Part shown: positions 48,500 to 60,481 of the stretch, piece by piece
Layout: the number at the start of each line of letters is the position of its first letter
Position numbering within the stretch: the first letter of the stretch is position 1
Origin: Macrostomum lignano
Taxonomy: Eukaryota
DNA: 64,000 nt
NCBI GenBank assembly: GCA_002269645.1
Contig: NIVC01003041.1
Location: forward strand, 1-64,000
Direction: 5' to 3'
The notes under the pieces: model-generated
Databases searched by the model: none
What the model was told of the DNA's origin: nothing
Seen by the model: the letters and a program-made list of their open reading frames with translations, nothing else
Made by a program: the position numbers and the translations under genes

Positions 48500-48840
48500 C
48501 ACAGCGCCGTTCAGGATTAACTTTTAGACTCGAAATTTTACACGATTGTGTCAAAATAGTTGAAAATTGATTGTGTCAAATTTGAAGAGGATCGGTAGAA
48601 GTGGAGCGGCGCTAAGGAGGCTTTAGTAAAAAAATCGCGCATTTTGAGCAGTTTTTTGCACTTTTAGGTGGGAAGACTCAAATTTAGGAAATTAAAAAGT
48701 AGCCTAAGACATTCTCCGTAGTGAGTTTAGGGTGGGTGTAAAATTTGGTGTCATTTGGTTGAGCGGTTTAGGAGTCCATAGCGATCAAAATTGTCCACAC
48801 ACAGACAGACAGACAGAGTTTTGATTTTTATAGGTAGAGA
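48500..48840 (-). mobile_element. Non-autonomous Helitron-like element, 5' end, head-to-head with the next element
   Basis: The minus strand begins A|TCTCTACCTATAAAAATCAAAACTC(TGTC)n...ACCGCTCAACCAAATGACACCAAATTT, the TC + microsatellite architecture of non-autonomous Helitrons. 3' end not identified. Confidence 0.5.
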
Positions 48841-49469
48841 TAATTTTTTATTTCCTATATACTAAAAATGAGTTGTCTGTATTGCTTGCTTGCTTGTAAT
48901 CGATTAGAGAAAAAATGGCTGGACCGATTTTGTTTGAACTTGCACTGTTCGATCAGAAATTTTCCCGTGACTGTACATGCATCGTGGCTAAGAAATTGCT
49001 CGATGCTAAAGGCATTAAATATTCGAAAAACATGCTTTTTTGCAAAGGTCAAGTTTTCGACTTGAAATGCATTGTAAGAATGCTAGAGAAAAAATTGACT
49101 GGTTGATTCTGATTCTGAAATAGATTGCATCATAACTGAATTGTAACTCCGACTTGAATTGAAAATGCAGTGTGGAAGCGTAGCACCAGACTTGATTTAA
49201 ATTGCGTAACCATATTGTTAACTGATACTGACTGACTGAGAAACTGATTATGTCATAACTGCTTCGTGTGATTTGCTCGATGCTTGGATTTTAAAGTGTT
49301 GAATTATATAAGTGCAAAATTTCATGTTATCAAAACGATGAGAGCTAGCCTAGAGGTGAACAGACTGAACTGCTAAATGCAGCGACGATGGTTCGAATTT
49401 TCATAGAGTATAATTTTTTTAATTAAAGCTTTTCAACGTCAGGAAAACTAAAAGACTTTTTAAAAAGAA

Positions 49470-51430
49470 GCGTCATGTAAAAATCATAAAAGCGTCATGT
49501 AAAAAATCATAGAAGCGTCATGTAAACAATCATAGAAGCGTCATGTAAAAAATCGTAAAAGCGTCATATAAAAATCATAGAAGCGTCATTTAAAAACTCA
49601 TAGAAGCGTCATGTAAAAAATCGTAGAAGCGTCATATAAAAATCATAGAAGCGTCATTTAAAAATCATAGAAGCGTCATGTAAAAAATCATAGAAGCGTC
49701 ATGTAAAAATCATAGAAGCGTCATTTAAAAAATCATAGAAGCGTCATGTAAAAATCATAGAAGCGTCATTTAAAAATCATAGAAGCGTCATGTAAACAAT
49801 CATAGAAGCGTCATTTAAAAATCATAGAAGCGTCATTAAAAATCATAGAAGCGTAATTTAAAAATCATAGAAGCGTCATGTAAACAATCATAGAAGCGTC
49901 ATATAAAAATCATAGAAGCGTCATGTAAACAATCATAGAAGCGTCATGTAAAAAATCATAGAAGCGTCATGTAAACAATCATAGAAGCGTCATTTAAAAA
50001 TCATAGAAGCGTCATGTAAAAAATCGTAGAAGCGTCATATAAAAATCATAGAAGCATCATTTAAAAAATCATAGAAGCGTCATGTAAAAATCGTAGAAGC
50101 GTCATATAAAAATCATAGAAGCGTCATTTAAAAAATCATAGAAGCGTCATGTAAAAAATTATAGAAGCGTCATGTGAACAATCATAAAGTGTCATGTAAA
50201 CAATCATAGAAGCGTCATGTAAACAATCATAGAAGCGTCATGTAAACAATCATAGAAGCGTCATTTAAAAGATCATAGAAGCGTCATGTAAACAATCATA
50301 GAAGCGTCATTTAAAAAATCATAGAAGCGTCATGTAAACAATCATAGAAGCGTAATTTAAAAAATCATAGAAGCGTCATGTAAACAATCATAGAAGCGTC
50401 ATTTAAAAATCATAGAAGCGTAATTTAAAAAATCATAGAAGCGTCATGTAAACAATCATAGAAGCGTCATATAAAAATCATAGAAGCGTCATGTAAACAA
50501 TCATAGAAGCGTCATGTAAACAATCATAGAAGCGTCATGTAAAAAATCGTAGAAGCGTCATATAAAAATCATAGAAGCGTCATGTAAAAAATCATAGAAG
50601 CGTCATGTAAACAATCATAGAAGCGTCATGTAAACAATCATAGAAGCGTCATGTAAACAATCATAGAAGCGTCATGTAAAAAATCATAGAAGCGTCATGT
50701 AAACAATCATAGAAGCGTCATTTAAAAAATCATAGAAGCGTCATGTAAACAATCATAGAAGCGTCATGTAAAAAATCATAGAAGCGTCATTTAAAAATCA
50801 TAGAAGCGTAATTTAAAAAATCATAGAAGCGTCATGTAAACAATCATAGAAGCGTCATATAAAAATCATAGAAGCGTCATGTAAACAATCATAGAAGCGT
50901 CATGTAAAAAATCATAGAAGCGTCATGTAAACAATCATAGAAGCGTCATGTAAACAATCATAGAAGCGTCATGTAAAAAATCGTAGAAGCGTCATATAAA
51001 AATCATAGAAGCATCATTTAAAAAATCATAGAAGCGTCATGTAAAAAATCGTAGAAGCGTCATATAAAAATCATAGAAGTGTCATTTAAAAAATCATAGA
51101 AGCGTCATGTAAAAAATCATAGAAGCGTCATGTGAACAATCATAAAAGCGTCATGTAAACAATCATAGAAGCGTCATGTAAACAATCATAGAAGCGTCAT
51201 GTAAACAATCATAGAAGCGTCATTTAAAAGATCATAGAAGCGTCATGTAAACAATCATAGAAGCGTCATTTAAAAAATCATAGAAGCGTCATGTAAACAA
51301 TCATAGAAGCGTAATTTAAAAAATCATAGAAGCGTCATGTAAACAATCATAGAAGCGTCATGTAAACAATCATAGAAGTGTCATTTAAAAAATCATAGAA
51401 GCGTCATTTAAAAATCATAGAAGCCTCATT
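49470..51430. repeat. ~21-bp satellite (AAAAATCATAGAAGCGTCATGT) inside Helitron-like element 1
   Basis: About 90 copies with recurring variants. Confidence 0.97.
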
Positions 51431-52371
51431 TATAAACTAATGAAAGTGTCATTTAAAAAATTAAGAAGCATCATGGTAGAATAAAAGAAGCATCATGTCA
51501 GACATGAAGGGTGTCATGTAAAAGTTAAATGCAGCTATAATGCTGTGCTGGGGAGAAAAACTGAGACGTAAAGGCTCTCAGAGAATATGAGACGTAAAGG
51601 CTCTCAGAGAATAACTGAGATTACGGGGGGGGGGGGTTTCTGAGATGTCAAAGCAAAAGTCAGAAGCTACTTCAAAGTTCATGTACTTTACTCAATTTTT
51701 GTATTGCATTCTTTGTTGGCTCGCCATGGGGGGGGGCGCTGATAGAAGAAGAGTCATGTAAAAAATAAAAGTAGCACTATGTATACATAAAAGAAAAGTC
51801 ATGTCGAAGTTAAAAGATTCATTTGGGAATTGCTACGATGTCAAAGCTTGGTGGAAATCGTTATAGTGCTGTGATTCTTAAAGAAGGAATCACTAAAATG
51901 TCAAGGCTTAGGGGAGAAGAATTGCTGAGATTTCAAGGCTTTAGGTTGGGTTAAAGTTAGGTTAGGTCAGGTTTGGGTTGAGGGTTATATTTTATCGGGT
52001 TTCAAGGTTAACAGGGGATTTTTTAGTTTTCAAGGTTTATGGGGGCCATCGCTGACATGTCAAGGCTTACGGGGGGAATAGCTGAGATGTCAAGGCTCAC
52101 GGGGGTATAAATGAGATTTCAAGGCTAAAGTCAGAAGCTACATGTAGTTTATTGAAAACTTATTGTAACTTTTTATTACATTATTTGATGCCTCCCCAGG
52201 GGAGGGATCGCTGATAATAAAAAAGCGTAATGTAAAAAATAAAAGAAGCTTCATGTCGAAGTTAAGAGATTCATTTGGGAATCCCTACGATGTCGAGGCT
52301 TGTAGGGAATCGCTATAATCCTGTAGTAGTGCTATTATGACTCTTAGAGAGAATTACTGAAATTTCAATGC

Positions 52372-52433
52372 TTTAGGGTTAGGTTAGGGTTATGGTTAGG
52401 GTTAGGGTTAGGGTTAGGCTAGGGTTAGGGTTA
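52372..52433 (+). repeat. Interstitial degenerate (TTAGGG)n tract
   Basis: TTAGGGTTAGGTTAGGGTTATGGTTAGGGTTAGGGTTAGGGTTAGGCTAGGGTTAGGGTTAG. Confidence 0.85.
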
Positions 52434-52656
52434 GAAGGTTGACAGATATTTTTAGATTTCCAAGGCTTATTGGGGGCATTGCTGAGATGTCAAGGGGGAA
52501 GTTGATATGTTAAAGCTTGTGGGGGGGAATTACTGACATGTCAAGGCTTACAAGGTTTGACAGGAGATTTTTTAAGATTTCAAGGATACATGTAGCTTAT
52601 TAAAAAAACGTGTATTGCATTTCTTTGGCTCCCCAACGGGGGGCGTAGATTGCTAG

Positions 52657-54030
52657 TCCTATATACTAAAAATGAGTTGTCTGTATGTGTGAGTGAGATT
52701 AATTTCAGAAAAAAGGGCTCAATTGATTTTTTTCAAACTTTCACCATTTGATCAGAAATTTTTCTGGGACAGTACATGCATCTTGGCTAAAAAATTGCTC
52801 AATGTTAAAGGGATTAAATATAAAAAAAAACTATGCTTTTTTTGCAAAGGTCAAGCAGAATTTTTTACTTGAAATGCATTGTAAAAATGCTAAAGAAAAA
52901 CCTGATTGACTGTGAGGTAAAGGTGGAGAAGATTTAACAAGATTTGAAATTGGAGGTCGGCCGGTAATTCTTCGAAAACCGGTAGCGTTGCGTTTGCACG
53001 AATAAAACCGGAAAATCGCACAGACAAATCACAACGAAATTCTTCTCCTTTACTCCAACTGCCAGGTTCTCAAGTCCGGGGGGAGGGTAGTTGTAATTGT
53101 AGCGGAGCGGTCGTAGAGCGGCACGGTCGTTCAGTTGTAGAAACACCGGGGTAGATTTGACACCGTAGTAATCTTTTGTCGGTTTGCTGAGCTTGTTACT
53201 GTCAGTAGGGTAGATGCTGCCACCACTGTAATTTACGTATTACGGAACGTTTAATGGTCTCAGAGCTTTCTTTAGATGAGACTGATTGGTTGTTTTACAC
53301 CCCACAGGCAAAGGATTCAAGATAGGCTATGGCTTAAGTCAACGGAAAAAATATTAAATGTTAAATTGTCGTTATTTATTAAAGCAAATATTATTATTAG
53401 TTTTTGCAGGTTAATTTTGGATTAAAGTAAAATTTATTGACGGATGACTTCACTGGTGCTGGTGCGCTAATAAACTAGCAAGATAGTGGGGAGAGATTTC
53501 CAAAAGGCTAGAAAGGAAGGAGTAGAGAGAGACAACTGAGCATGAGTAGTTATATAAGCAAATAGTAAGGTAACAACCAATGCATGAGGCAAAAATGAAC
53601 CAACAAGGGGGCCATGCAATGGTTATTGGAAAATTATAACCGAAACATATATAGAATCGCTTAAATTCCAATCAGTGAAAAGACTGTTAACCAACAATCG
53701 GAAAACGAATAGCAACAGTGGGTCCACTCCTAGGGCCCACAAAAGGAGGGGTGAGGTCATATTACAATGATTGGCCGCACAGGTTGGTATTCACGAAAAA
53801 AAATACTGGCACGCATTCAAAAATAAAAATTATTAAAATATAATTATTAAACGGTGGCAACCCCACTGCCACAGACTGAATTTCAATTCTGATAAAGATT
53901 GCATCACAACAAGTTAAAAACAGTGCCAAAGAAATTCACACATGACCTGATTTAAATTGCATAACTAGGCCTAACTTGAATTGAGACTAATATTGGCTGA
54001 CTGAGAAATTGATTATGTCATAACTTATCC
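52657..54030 (+). mobile_element. Helitron-like element 2 (3'-truncated), head-to-tail with element 1 and interrupted by a solo LTR
   Basis: Junction ATTGCTAG|TCCTATATACTAAAAATGAG. The 5' homology to 54059 onward stops at 52912 and resumes at 53874. Confidence 0.7.
52913..53873. mobile_element. Solo LTR (961 bp)
   Basis: TG...CA termini (TGAGG...CCACA) with exact 5-bp TSD GACTG; removing it restores the Helitron consensus CTGA(C/T)TG(G/A)CTGAATTTCAATTCTG. Confidence 0.75.
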
Positions 54031-54058
54031 ATCCAATATACTAAAAATCAAATCAAAA

Positions 54059-56849
54059 TCCTATATACTAAAAATGAGTTGTCTGTATGTATGTATGTAT
54101 GTATGTATATGGGTATGCAATTGATTTCAGAAAAATTGGCTCAACCGATTTTTTTCAAACTTGCACCATTCGATCAGAAATTTTCCTGGGACGGTACATG
54201 CATCTTGGCTAAGAAATTGCTCAATGTTAAAGGGATTAAATATTCGAAAAACATGCTTTTTTGCAAAGGTCAAGAAAATTTTTTGACTTGAAATGCATTG
54301 TAAGAATGCTAGAGAAAAAACTGACTGGCTGAATTTCAATTCTGATAAAGATTGCATCACAACAAGGTGAAAACAGTGCCACAGAAACGCACACAAGACT
54401 TGATTAAAATTGTGTAACAATATTGCTAACTTAAATTAAGACTGATACTGGCTGACTGAGAAATTGATTATGTCATAAATTTTTACTCTAACCGACTTGC
54501 TGTAAGAATTGAATTATAAGGGCCACAATTCATGTGCTCCAATTGAAAAAAGATAGCCTAGATGCGAACAGACTGGACTACTAATGTAGCGACCTGGGTT
54601 CGAATCTTGGTAGCGCAAAATGATTTTTTTATTAAAACACCTTAAAAACAAAAAACTGCTAAACATAAAAGAAGCGCAATGTCAAACATACAAGAGCCAC
54701 CATGTCAAACATAAAAGAGCCACCATTTCGAACAAAAAAAAGAGTTACCATTAAGAACATTAAAGAGCCACCATGTCGAACATTAAAAAGCCATCATGTC
54801 AAACATAAAACAGACACCATTAAGAACATAAAAGAGCCACCATGTCAAAACATTAAAGAGCCACCATGTCAAACATAAAACAGACACCATAAAGAACATT
54901 AAAGAGCCACCATGTCGAACATAAAAGAACTACAATGTCAAACATTAAAGAGCCACCATGTCGAACATTAAAAAGCCATCATGTCAAACATAAAACAGAC
55001 ACCAATAAAAACATTAAAGAGCCACCATGTCGAACATTAAAGAGCCATCATGTCAAACATAAAACAGCCACCATGTCAAACATTAAAGAGCCACCATGTA
55101 AAACATTAAAGAGCCACTATGTCGAACATAAAAGAGGTACCATGTCAAACATTGAAGAGCCACCATGTCGAACATAAAAGAGCCACCATGTCGAACATAA
55201 AAGAGCCACCATGTCAACCATAAAAGAACCACCACGTCAAGCATATACATTACTCCATGCCAAACATTAAAGAGCCACCATGCCAAACATTAAAGAGCCA
55301 GCATGTCAACCATAAAAGAGCCACCATGTCAAACATTATTGAGCCACCATGTCAGACATTAAAGAGCCACCATGCCAAACATAAAAGAGCCACCATGTCG
55401 AACATAAAAGAGCCACCATGTCAAACATAAAAGAGCCACCATGTCGAACATTATTGAGCCACCATGTCGAACATAAAAGAGCCACCATGCCAAACATAAA
55501 AGAGCCGCCATGTCAAACATAAAAAAGCCACCATGTCAACCATAAAAGAACCACCACGTCAAGCATATACATTACTCCATGTCAAACATTAAAGAGCCAC
55601 CATGTCAAACATAAAAGAGCCACCATATCAAACATTAAAGAGCCACAATGTCAAAAATTAAAGAGCCACCATGTCGAAGATTAAAGTGCTACCATGTCAA
55701 ACATAGAAGAGCCACCATGTCAAACATTAAAGAGCCACAATGTCAAACACAAAAGAGCCACCATGTCAAACATAGAAGAGACACCATGTCGAACAACTGA
55801 GCCATCATGTCAAACATAACAGAGACACCATGTCAAACATTAAAGAGCCACCATGTCAAACATTAAAGAACCACGATGTCAATCATTAAAGAGCCACTAT
55901 GTCAAACATATACGTGACTCCATGTCAAACATTAAAGAGCTACCATGTCAAACATAGAAGAGCCACCATGTCAAACATAGAAGAGACACCATGTGTTCAT
56001 GTCAAACATAGAAGAGCCACCATGTCAAACATAAAAAGAAGTGTCATGCCAAACAAAATGGAGCCACTATAAAGCTAAGGAAATTATTGCACTAGCTACT
56101 TGATGTCTGGTGGATGCTTGCTATTTAAGGATGGATACTTGCTATCAGGGGGATGCTTGCTATCTGAGTGATGCTTGCTATTGGGGGAGGGATGCTTGCT
56201 ATCGGAAGAATGCTTGCTATCTGGGGTAACTTGCTATTGGGGATGCTTGCTCTTGGGAGTGGAGGGTACTTGCTATCTGAGAGGGGGTTGCTAGCTATCT
56301 ATAAGGATTCTTTGTATCCAGGGATGCTTGCTATCTGGCGGATGGTTGCATGCTGTCTGGGGATGCTTGCATGCTGTCTGGGGATGCTTGCTATCTGGGC
56401 GATTCTTGCTATCTGGGAGATGCTTGCTATCTGGGGGATGCTTGCATGCTGTCTGGGGATGCTTGCTATCTGGGGGATTCTTGCTATCTGGGGGATGCTT
56501 GAGTGCTGTCTGGGGATGCTTGCTATATCTGGGGGATTCGTGCTATCTGGGAGATGCTTGCATGCTGTCTGGGGATGCTTGCTATCTGGGGGATGCTTGC
56601 TATCTGGAAGATGCTTGCATGCTGTCTGGGGATGCTTGCTATCTGGGGGATTCTTGCTATTTGGGGGATGCTTGCTATCTGGGAGATGCTTGCATGCTAT
56701 CTGGGAGATGCTTGCATGCTGTCTGGGGATGTTTTCTTTACAGATGGAATGTCTGTTGTCTTTGTGAAAGCTTTATTTCGCTGTATTTTTGTTACTTTTA
56801 GAGAACAGATATTCTATTTAGATGTCCCCATCGGGGGGCGAAGATTGCT
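54059..56849 (+). mobile_element. Helitron-like element 3, with a 22-bp satellite (54660-56040, AAACATTAAAGAGCCACCATGTC) and a ~17-bp satellite (56110-56730, GATGCTTGCTATCTGGGG)
   Basis: A|TC 5' end, 3' hairpin CCCC-ATC-GGGG followed by GCGAAGATTGCT. Confidence 0.7.
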
Positions 56850-57047
56850 TATATACTAAAAATGAAATGTCTGTGTGTATGTGTGAGATAGATTCCAGAA
56901 AAAACGGCTCAATCGATTTTCTTCAAACTTGCACCATTCAATCAGAAATTTTCCTGGGACGGTACATGCATCTTGGCTAAGAAATTGCTCAATGTTAAAG
57001 GGATTAAATATTCGAAAAACATGCTTTTTTGCAAAGCTCAAGAAAAT
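56850..57047 (+). mobile_element. Helitron-like element 4, 5' 198 bp only, truncated at the duplication junction
   Basis: TATATACTAAAAATG...CATGCTTTTTTGCAAAGCTCAAGAAAAT, then an abrupt switch to the sequence of 43466. Confidence 0.7.
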
Positions 57048-57138
57048 TGCAATTTCCCCAGACAGAAGTGAGCCGCTCTGCATAGAAAGTCATAAAAAGC
57101 GAAGCCCAAAGGCGAGAGCCGGCCTCCCCCTCCAACAC

Positions 57139-58004
57139 ATGGCCGCTAGCGGCAGTGGTCAGCGGACCTTCGGCAAGGCTAACGGCGCCTCCAGTGGCAG
57201 CAGAAACCTGCGTGTACCGCACCTGAGCGTCCACGCCTCATCCGCGTCAAGCATGCGGGGCCAGCGCATCAGCAGCGGCAGCGGCGCCAACGCCCTCGTG
57301 AGCTTCGCACCGCACGGCTACTCGCCCAGCCCGAGCCAGGCCTCGGAGCTGCTGGACCTGCAGCGGGGCAACTCCTGGGCCCCGGAGGTGAGCAGTCGAG
57401 GGCTGCCACCGCGCCCGCCGCGGACGGGACCAGCGTGTTTCGCTCCCGAGTCAGCGTCAACTTCCGGCAAGCACTGGCGGAGGCCAAAGAGCGCACGGCG
57501 TCGCGTCGACTGACAGCGCAACAGGTGCGCGAGCAGCGGCGGTCCAACAACCAGGCGGAGTCGGTCAGCCGGCTGGACGCGGACACGCTGGTTGAGGAAG
57601 AAGACGCCGACATTGAAGCGGATGAAGTGTTCAACGAAGCGGCCGAGGTGGCGGAACTGGCACCACCACCGGACCCGGGATCCGTTAGCGACCCGCGGCG
57701 GCGACGGGCGCTCCAGCGATGGGGCCTCATGCGCGACGTCATTGAGGAGATTCACAGGGAGCGGCACGCCAAGAAGACCGAGGGCTGGAGCATGTTTTTC
57801 AAGCACGTGCGGGCGATGAGCGAGGCAGAGAAAACCCGACAGGACCTCTATGAGCGTTATAACATCTTCGGCGATGGCAAATCCGACTTCATGACCAACC
57901 TGCCGGTTATACCGGACGAGCTGTTGCTGGCTGCTGGCATTCCTTTGCCCTCGAGCCGCTCCAAGCGACAGACTCGGATTGTCAAGCGGCCGCTAAAGCG
58001 ATGA
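57139..58004 (+). pseudogene. Copy 2 of the hypothetical gene, with a 1-nt deletion frameshift at ~57380
   Basis: CTGGGCCCCGGAGG (4 C) versus CTGGGCCCCCGGAGG (5 C) in copy 1; the ORF splits into 56929-57513 and 57435-58004. Confidence 0.7.
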
Positions 58005-58765
58005 CGCGGTGATCAAGCGATCGAGTTGTTTTTCGACGCGAGTTCTTTAGCGGGAAACTCTAGTGCATTAATTCTTGGACTTGAAATGGATGAAACTATT
58101 TTGCTTATTTTGTTCTGTACACGGAATGGAATAGAGTTCCATTTCTTCGTGATTCGTAAAAATAAATAAATATACATACATAAATCAAATTTCGTTGGAA
58201 GAAAACTTTATTCCGAAAGCGATTAAAAGAAAAGCCTTCAGAAAATACAATAGAATAACGTACATGCATAAGGCTTGTATAGTTTTTGATAATCTAATGG
58301 TTTGATCGATGATTATCCGTCCTAAATCAATTGCTTAATATTAAAAATTACTGCACATGCATTTCCGAATTTTTTTATTAAACGAACTTATTTTTTGTTT
58401 TATTAATTTTTTTTATACATATTGTTAGCTTTTAAATTATATTTGGCATTCTGTAAAAATTATATTTACTAAACCTAGTAAAATGCTTTTTACTAAGTTT
58501 TAACTGAATATCATTGTTAAACTTTTACAAGTTCTATGAAAGTATTGCTTTTTGAAGTGTGCTGAATTAGCAATTTAATTCTGATTCTACGGTCTGAACT
58601 GAACTCAGCACTCAGGGGGTAAATTGTCGGTGCTTATTATTTTTAAGGTTAGGGCCTAGGCATGTGCCATGTCTGAAGTGCTTTTAAAGGGCACTCAGAC
58701 TAGCTAATATTCTTGTAGGTTAGTAGGCAATCTTTTACTTTACTGCGTTTAATTATTTTTCGCCG

Positions 58766-59013
58766 AAAAATATCGTGGCTTGCAGAACCACGATGTCGTG
58801 AATCATCGACTCCATTTTGCCCACCCTAACGACCCATCGATCCACACAAACACCATTGAGGGGTCGTGGGCCCATGTCAAGGCAAAGTTCCGGGCGATGC
58901 ATGGCACTTCCGAAGCTCTGTTTGAAAGCCATCTCAGCGAGTATCTCTGGCGCCGGCTCTTTCCTAGAAAGGAGTTTGGCAACTTCCTGTACTGGTTGGC
59001 TCATTATTACTGA
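58766..59013 (+). mobile_element. Merlin transposase fragment, duplicated copy
   Basis: Same translation as 45185-45432. Confidence 0.82.
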
Positions 59014-60398
59014 CTAATTGACTTACCTGAGAGTTAAAGACACTTACCTTTTATCCTCCTACCATCTTTATGTTCTGAAATTTAAAAAGAACCATTAAAA
59101 AAATTAAACACAGTAAAGTAAAAGATTGCCGCCTAGGGCCTACTCAAAATTTAATTTATGCCAATCAGCCCTATTGTCTAGACCTATGTCCTATATCTAA
59201 AATTAGTTAGTTTTGATAGGATCATAATTTTCTCTTTTTATTTTATGGTAGACAAATTATTAAAACTATAAATCTTTTTCTATAGCTGTATAGGCAACTA
59301 GATATTTCTATCAATAAAAATGGTAGGGCTTACTATTATATTAAGAACAGGAAATTTTGGTTAAAAAGTTGGATTTTCATTAAAAAATTATAAATTAAGA
59401 AAACAAGACTATAAAAATGGTACTAGGCCTACCATACAATGGAAATTTTTATAGAATACAAGCTGTTGAAACCCGCGGATTTTGAACCCGGGGAATTCCA
59501 ATCCCCGGAACTACTTTTGCATGTATTCTGAAATCTAAGGCCATTCACAAACAAATTAATGTTAGTAGGATAGAGCTGTAGACATAAAATGGAGCACATT
59601 CGTGTAAAATTAGGGTTTGAGGCAAACGTTGATATTGTTTGCTGGGGTACTCCACAGAATGCCAGGCAATGTCTGTCTCTGACTCTAAAACATGTATTGG
59701 CAAACTCTGGCCTCTCCCTGACTTTCCCTATGTCCCTTGGATCCTTTAAAATTTCTATCGTCTCTTCTGTTTCCTTTCTTCTCTCTCATCCCTCGTCTCT
59801 CGTCTCTCGTCTCTCTTCTCTTCTCGCGTATTTTCCCTCATCTCTCTTCTCTTTCATCTCTCTTATCTCATCTCTTCCCTATTCTTTTCTCTCTCCTCTC
59901 TTCTCTTCTTTCTACTTTTCGTTTTCTCTCTGCTCTCCTTTCTCCTCTCTACTCTTTCGTTTTCTCTCTCCTCTCCTCTCTCCTCTCTCCCATCTTCTTT
60001 CGTATATTCCCTCTCATCTTTCTTCTCTTTCATATCTCTTATCTCATCTCTTCCCTCTTCTTTTCTCTCTCCTCTCCCCTCTCCTCTCTCCCCCTCTTCT
60101 CTCATCTCTTCCTTGTCCTCTCTATTCTTTTCTCTCTTCTCTTAACTCTCTCCTCTACTCTCTCATCTCTCCTCTCTATTCTTTCCTCTCTCTCTCCTCT
60201 CTCCCCTCTTCTCTCGTCTCTTCCCTCACATCTTTCCTCTCTCTCTTTCCTCTCATCTCTTTTCTTGTTTTATCTCTTCTCTCTCCCCTTGTCGCTTGTC
60301 TCTTCCTTCACCTCTCTTCTCTCTCGTCCGCTCTTTTATCTCTCCTTTCTCTTCTTTTATCTTTTCTCTCTTATCTCTTCTCGTTACTCTCTGCTCTG

Positions 60399-60481
<83 letters not shown>

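Larger units (their letters stand above)
48853..52656 (+). mobile_element. Non-autonomous Helitron-like element 1, carrying a 21-bp satellite and telomere-like repeats
   Basis: 5' TCCTATATACTAAAAATGAG + microsatellite; 3' hairpin GCTCCCC-AAC-GGGGGGC about 10 nt before terminal CTAG (52653-52656). Confidence 0.72.

Noticed and set aside
52372-52433. True telomere or fusion site
   Set aside because: Short, degenerate, single-orientation tract internal to a Helitron-like element. A 2-3 unit CCCTAA run at ~14118 is also too short.
52930-52990. F-box-like FEELPADLQFQIL on the minus strand
   Set aside because: Short motif in a frame with upstream stops, located inside a solo LTR; likely chance.
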